Shown: positions 62,254 to 64,000 of the stretch, in pieces
How the letters are laid out: the number at the start of each line of letters is the position of its first letter
Numbering within the stretch: the first letter of the stretch is position 1
From: a virus
Virus record (IMG/VR): IMGVR_UViG_3300011921_000005
Coordinates: 4,354 to 68,353 of that record
Strand: one strand, 5' to 3'
DNA: 64,000 nucleotides
Notes under the pieces: model-generated
Databases searched by the model: none
What the model was told of the DNA's origin: nothing
What the model saw: the letters and a program-made list of their open reading frames with translations, nothing else
Position numbers and translations under genes: made by a program

Positions 62254-63069
62254 ATGAAAACACTACGCCGTAGTATTGGCAAGCCAGAGGTGGGGGGAGA
62301 ACCATTACCCCCACCTTTTCAGGCTTTCCAGCGTGAAGGAATCATTCTGCGTAGAGCAGAAGTCACCGTCATAGCGGGTACTCCAGGCGCAGGTAAGTCA
62401 TCTATTGCATTACATATCGCAGCAAGACTTAAACAACCGACACTATACTTCTCTGCTGATACTAATGCACATACTATGGCAATGCGTTTGCTTGCTATGA
62501 AAGCCAAGATAACTCAGCAAGATGCTGAGTACATGATTAAGACTAAGCCAGAAACAGCGGAGCATTATCTTCGTGAGTTCTCTGGTATGTACTGGTCATT
62601 TGAACCTAGCCCTACACTAAAAGATTTAGACGAAGAAGTATCTGCGTTTGAAACTATGTGGGGCAGAAGCCCTACACTTATAGTTGTAGATAACCTTATG
62701 GACATAGCCATTGATGGACATGAGGAGTTTGCTGGTATGCGTGCAGTTATGAAAGAGTTAAAGTATCTAGCACGTGATACTAACGCAGCAGTATTAGTCT
62801 TGCACCATACACAAGAAGGTGCGCAAGGTTATCCTTGTCAGCCACGTTCAGCATTACAGGGTAAGGTTGCACAGATTCCAGCAATGGTATTAACAGTAGG
62901 TCAAATGACACATGGAGTAGACTCTTACTTGTGTGTAGCCCCAGTTAAGAATCGTTATGGTAAGGCTGACCCAACAGGAGCAACTTACCTTACGTTATCG
63001 TTTGACCCAGCAAAGATGCATCTTGAAGATGTAATCAGAGACAGTACACAGATGGAGATGACAGTGTGA
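62254..63069 (+). CDS. DnaB-like/RecA-fold helicase
   Basis: GTPGAGKS, LIVVDN, VLHHT, KNRYG. Confidence 0.88.
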   Translation: MKTLRRSIGKPEVGGEPLPPPFQAFQREGIILRRAEVTVIAGTPGAGKSSIALHIAARLKQPTLYFSADTNAHTMAMRLLAMKAKITQQDAEYMIKTKPETAEHYLREFSGMYWSFEPSPTLKDLDEEVSAFETMWGRSPTLIVVDNLMDIAIDGHEEFAGMRAVMKELKYLARDTNAAVLVLHHTQEGAQGYPCQPRSALQGKVAQIPAMVLTVGQMTHGVDSYLCVAPVKNRYGKADPTGATYLTLSFDPAKMHLEDVIRDSTQMEMTV

Positions 63070-63413
63070 GTAGCGCAGCCAAAGCCAAAGGTTCGGGAGC
63101 CGAACGTGATGTAGTTAAGTATCTTAAACAATGGTTCCCTTATGTTGATAGGCGTTTGGCTGGTGCTACGCTAGACAAAGGTGACATATCAGGTATACCT
63201 GGAGTCACAATTGAAATTAAAAACCACGCGACAATGAAGTTGTCGGAGTGGACAGAAGAATTGTTAACCGAGATGGCTAACGATAAAGCATGGACAGGTG
63301 TGGTGTGGCACAAGCGCAAGGGTAGGGGAAGTCCTGGCGATTGGTACTGCACCATGCCTGCACATGTATGGGTAGACTTACTAAGGAGAGCACTTGGAGA
63401 AGCCAAGCATTGA
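63066..63413 (+). CDS. Holliday-junction resolvase (Hjc-like)
   Basis: KAKGSGAERDV...DKGDI...IEIKN. Confidence 0.75.
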   Translation: MSSAAKAKGSGAERDVVKYLKQWFPYVDRRLAGATLDKGDISGIPGVTIEIKNHATMKLSEWTEELLTEMANDKAWTGVVWHKRKGRGSPGDWYCTMPAHVWVDLLRRALGEAKH

Positions 63414-63771
63414 AGAGTATCTCCACTACATAGGTGCAGATACACCAGCAGTAGGTAGTGGCTGGCGTAAGATGAAGTGTCCATTTCATCACGACAGTCA
63501 TGCATCAGCAGCAGTTAACTATGATAAGAATGCATTTGTATGCCACGGTTGTGGCGTAAAGGGTGACGTATATTCCCTCATAATGTACAAAGAAGGTGGT
63601 GATTTCCGTGAGGCTGTCAACTTCGCAGCGTCAGTTCTTACTACAGGCAACACAGAGATACGCGGGAAAGATAGAACTAGCAAAAGAGTATCTGTCAAGC
63701 CGTCAACTCTCGGTAGAAGAGGCAAGCACATTTCACTTGGGAGTGGTAGACGACCCACTTCCAGGGCATGA
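63394..63771 (+). CDS. DNA primase, CHC2 zinc-finger part
   Basis: CPFHHD..ASA...FVCHGCG..GD. Confidence 0.85.
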   Translation: MEKPSIEEYLHYIGADTPAVGSGWRKMKCPFHHDSHASAAVNYDKNAFVCHGCGVKGDVYSLIMYKEGGDFREAVNFAASVLTTGNTEIRGKDRTSKRVSVKPSTLGRRGKHISLGSGRRPTSRA

Positions 63772-64000
63772 GGCGTACAAAGGACGCCTTGCTATTCCAT
63801 ACATTACACCATCAGGTGTAGTTGATATTAGATTCCGTGCTATGAATGGTGAAGACCCTAAGTACATGGGATTAGTTGGTGCTAAAACCACCATGTTTAA
63901 TACACAGGCTTGCTTCGTAGCAGATAAATATATCTGCGTAACCGAAGGTGAGTTTGATTGCATTATGATGTCAGTTAAAACTATACACCCAACCATAGGT
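63608..64000 (+). CDS. DNA primase, TOPRIM part (partial, runs off the window end)
   Basis: Hand-translated from GTG 63608: MRLSTSQRQFLLQATQRY...GRLAIPYITPSGVVDIRFR...ICVTEGEFD. Confidence 0.85.
   Translation, partial: MRLSTSQRQFLLQATQRYAGKIELAKEYLSSRQLSVEEASTFHLGVVDDPLPGHEAYKGRLAIPYITPSGVVDIRFRAMNGEDPKYMGLVGAKTTMFNTQACFVADKYICVTEGEFDCIMMSVKTIHPTIG

Noticed and set aside
1-64000. Integrated prophage(s)
   Set aside because: No integrase, att-like repeat or host gene recognised in the window.

Overview
The whole window is tailed-phage DNA, probably podovirus-like (no tape-measure or tail-tube gene recognised, very large ejection-type proteins). The host is probably an actinobacterium (WhiB, DUF4192-like gene, actinophage-type holin, a leaderless start). 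Two related but clearly diverged genomes lie in tandem. Phage X (about 1-33 kb) carries capsid, portal and terminase genes on the minus strand, a plus-strand early region (16.3-21.2 kb), a minus-strand replication module and lysis/tail genes. Phage Y (from somewhere in 33-40 kb to 64 kb) carries a second capsid/portal/terminase set, a tRNA-Arg, and early plus replication genes on the plus strand. The join may be an assembly chimera. Having two diverged relatives in one window allows direct comparison of non-coding DNA, and most of the novel signal is there. (1) Both phages end their early region with an extended -10 promoter followed by a hairpin whose loop is complementary to that phage's own early-gene ribosome-binding sites, a candidate multi-target antisense sRNA for the early-to-middle switch. 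(2) A roughly 100-nt RNA structure with compensatory changes lies upstream of both scaffold genes. (3) Phage X's early region has more than 20 copies of TTAAGACA, four CRP/GlxR-type boxes and three tRNA-like mini-elements. All functional calls come from motif recognition by eye; no database search or folding program was run.
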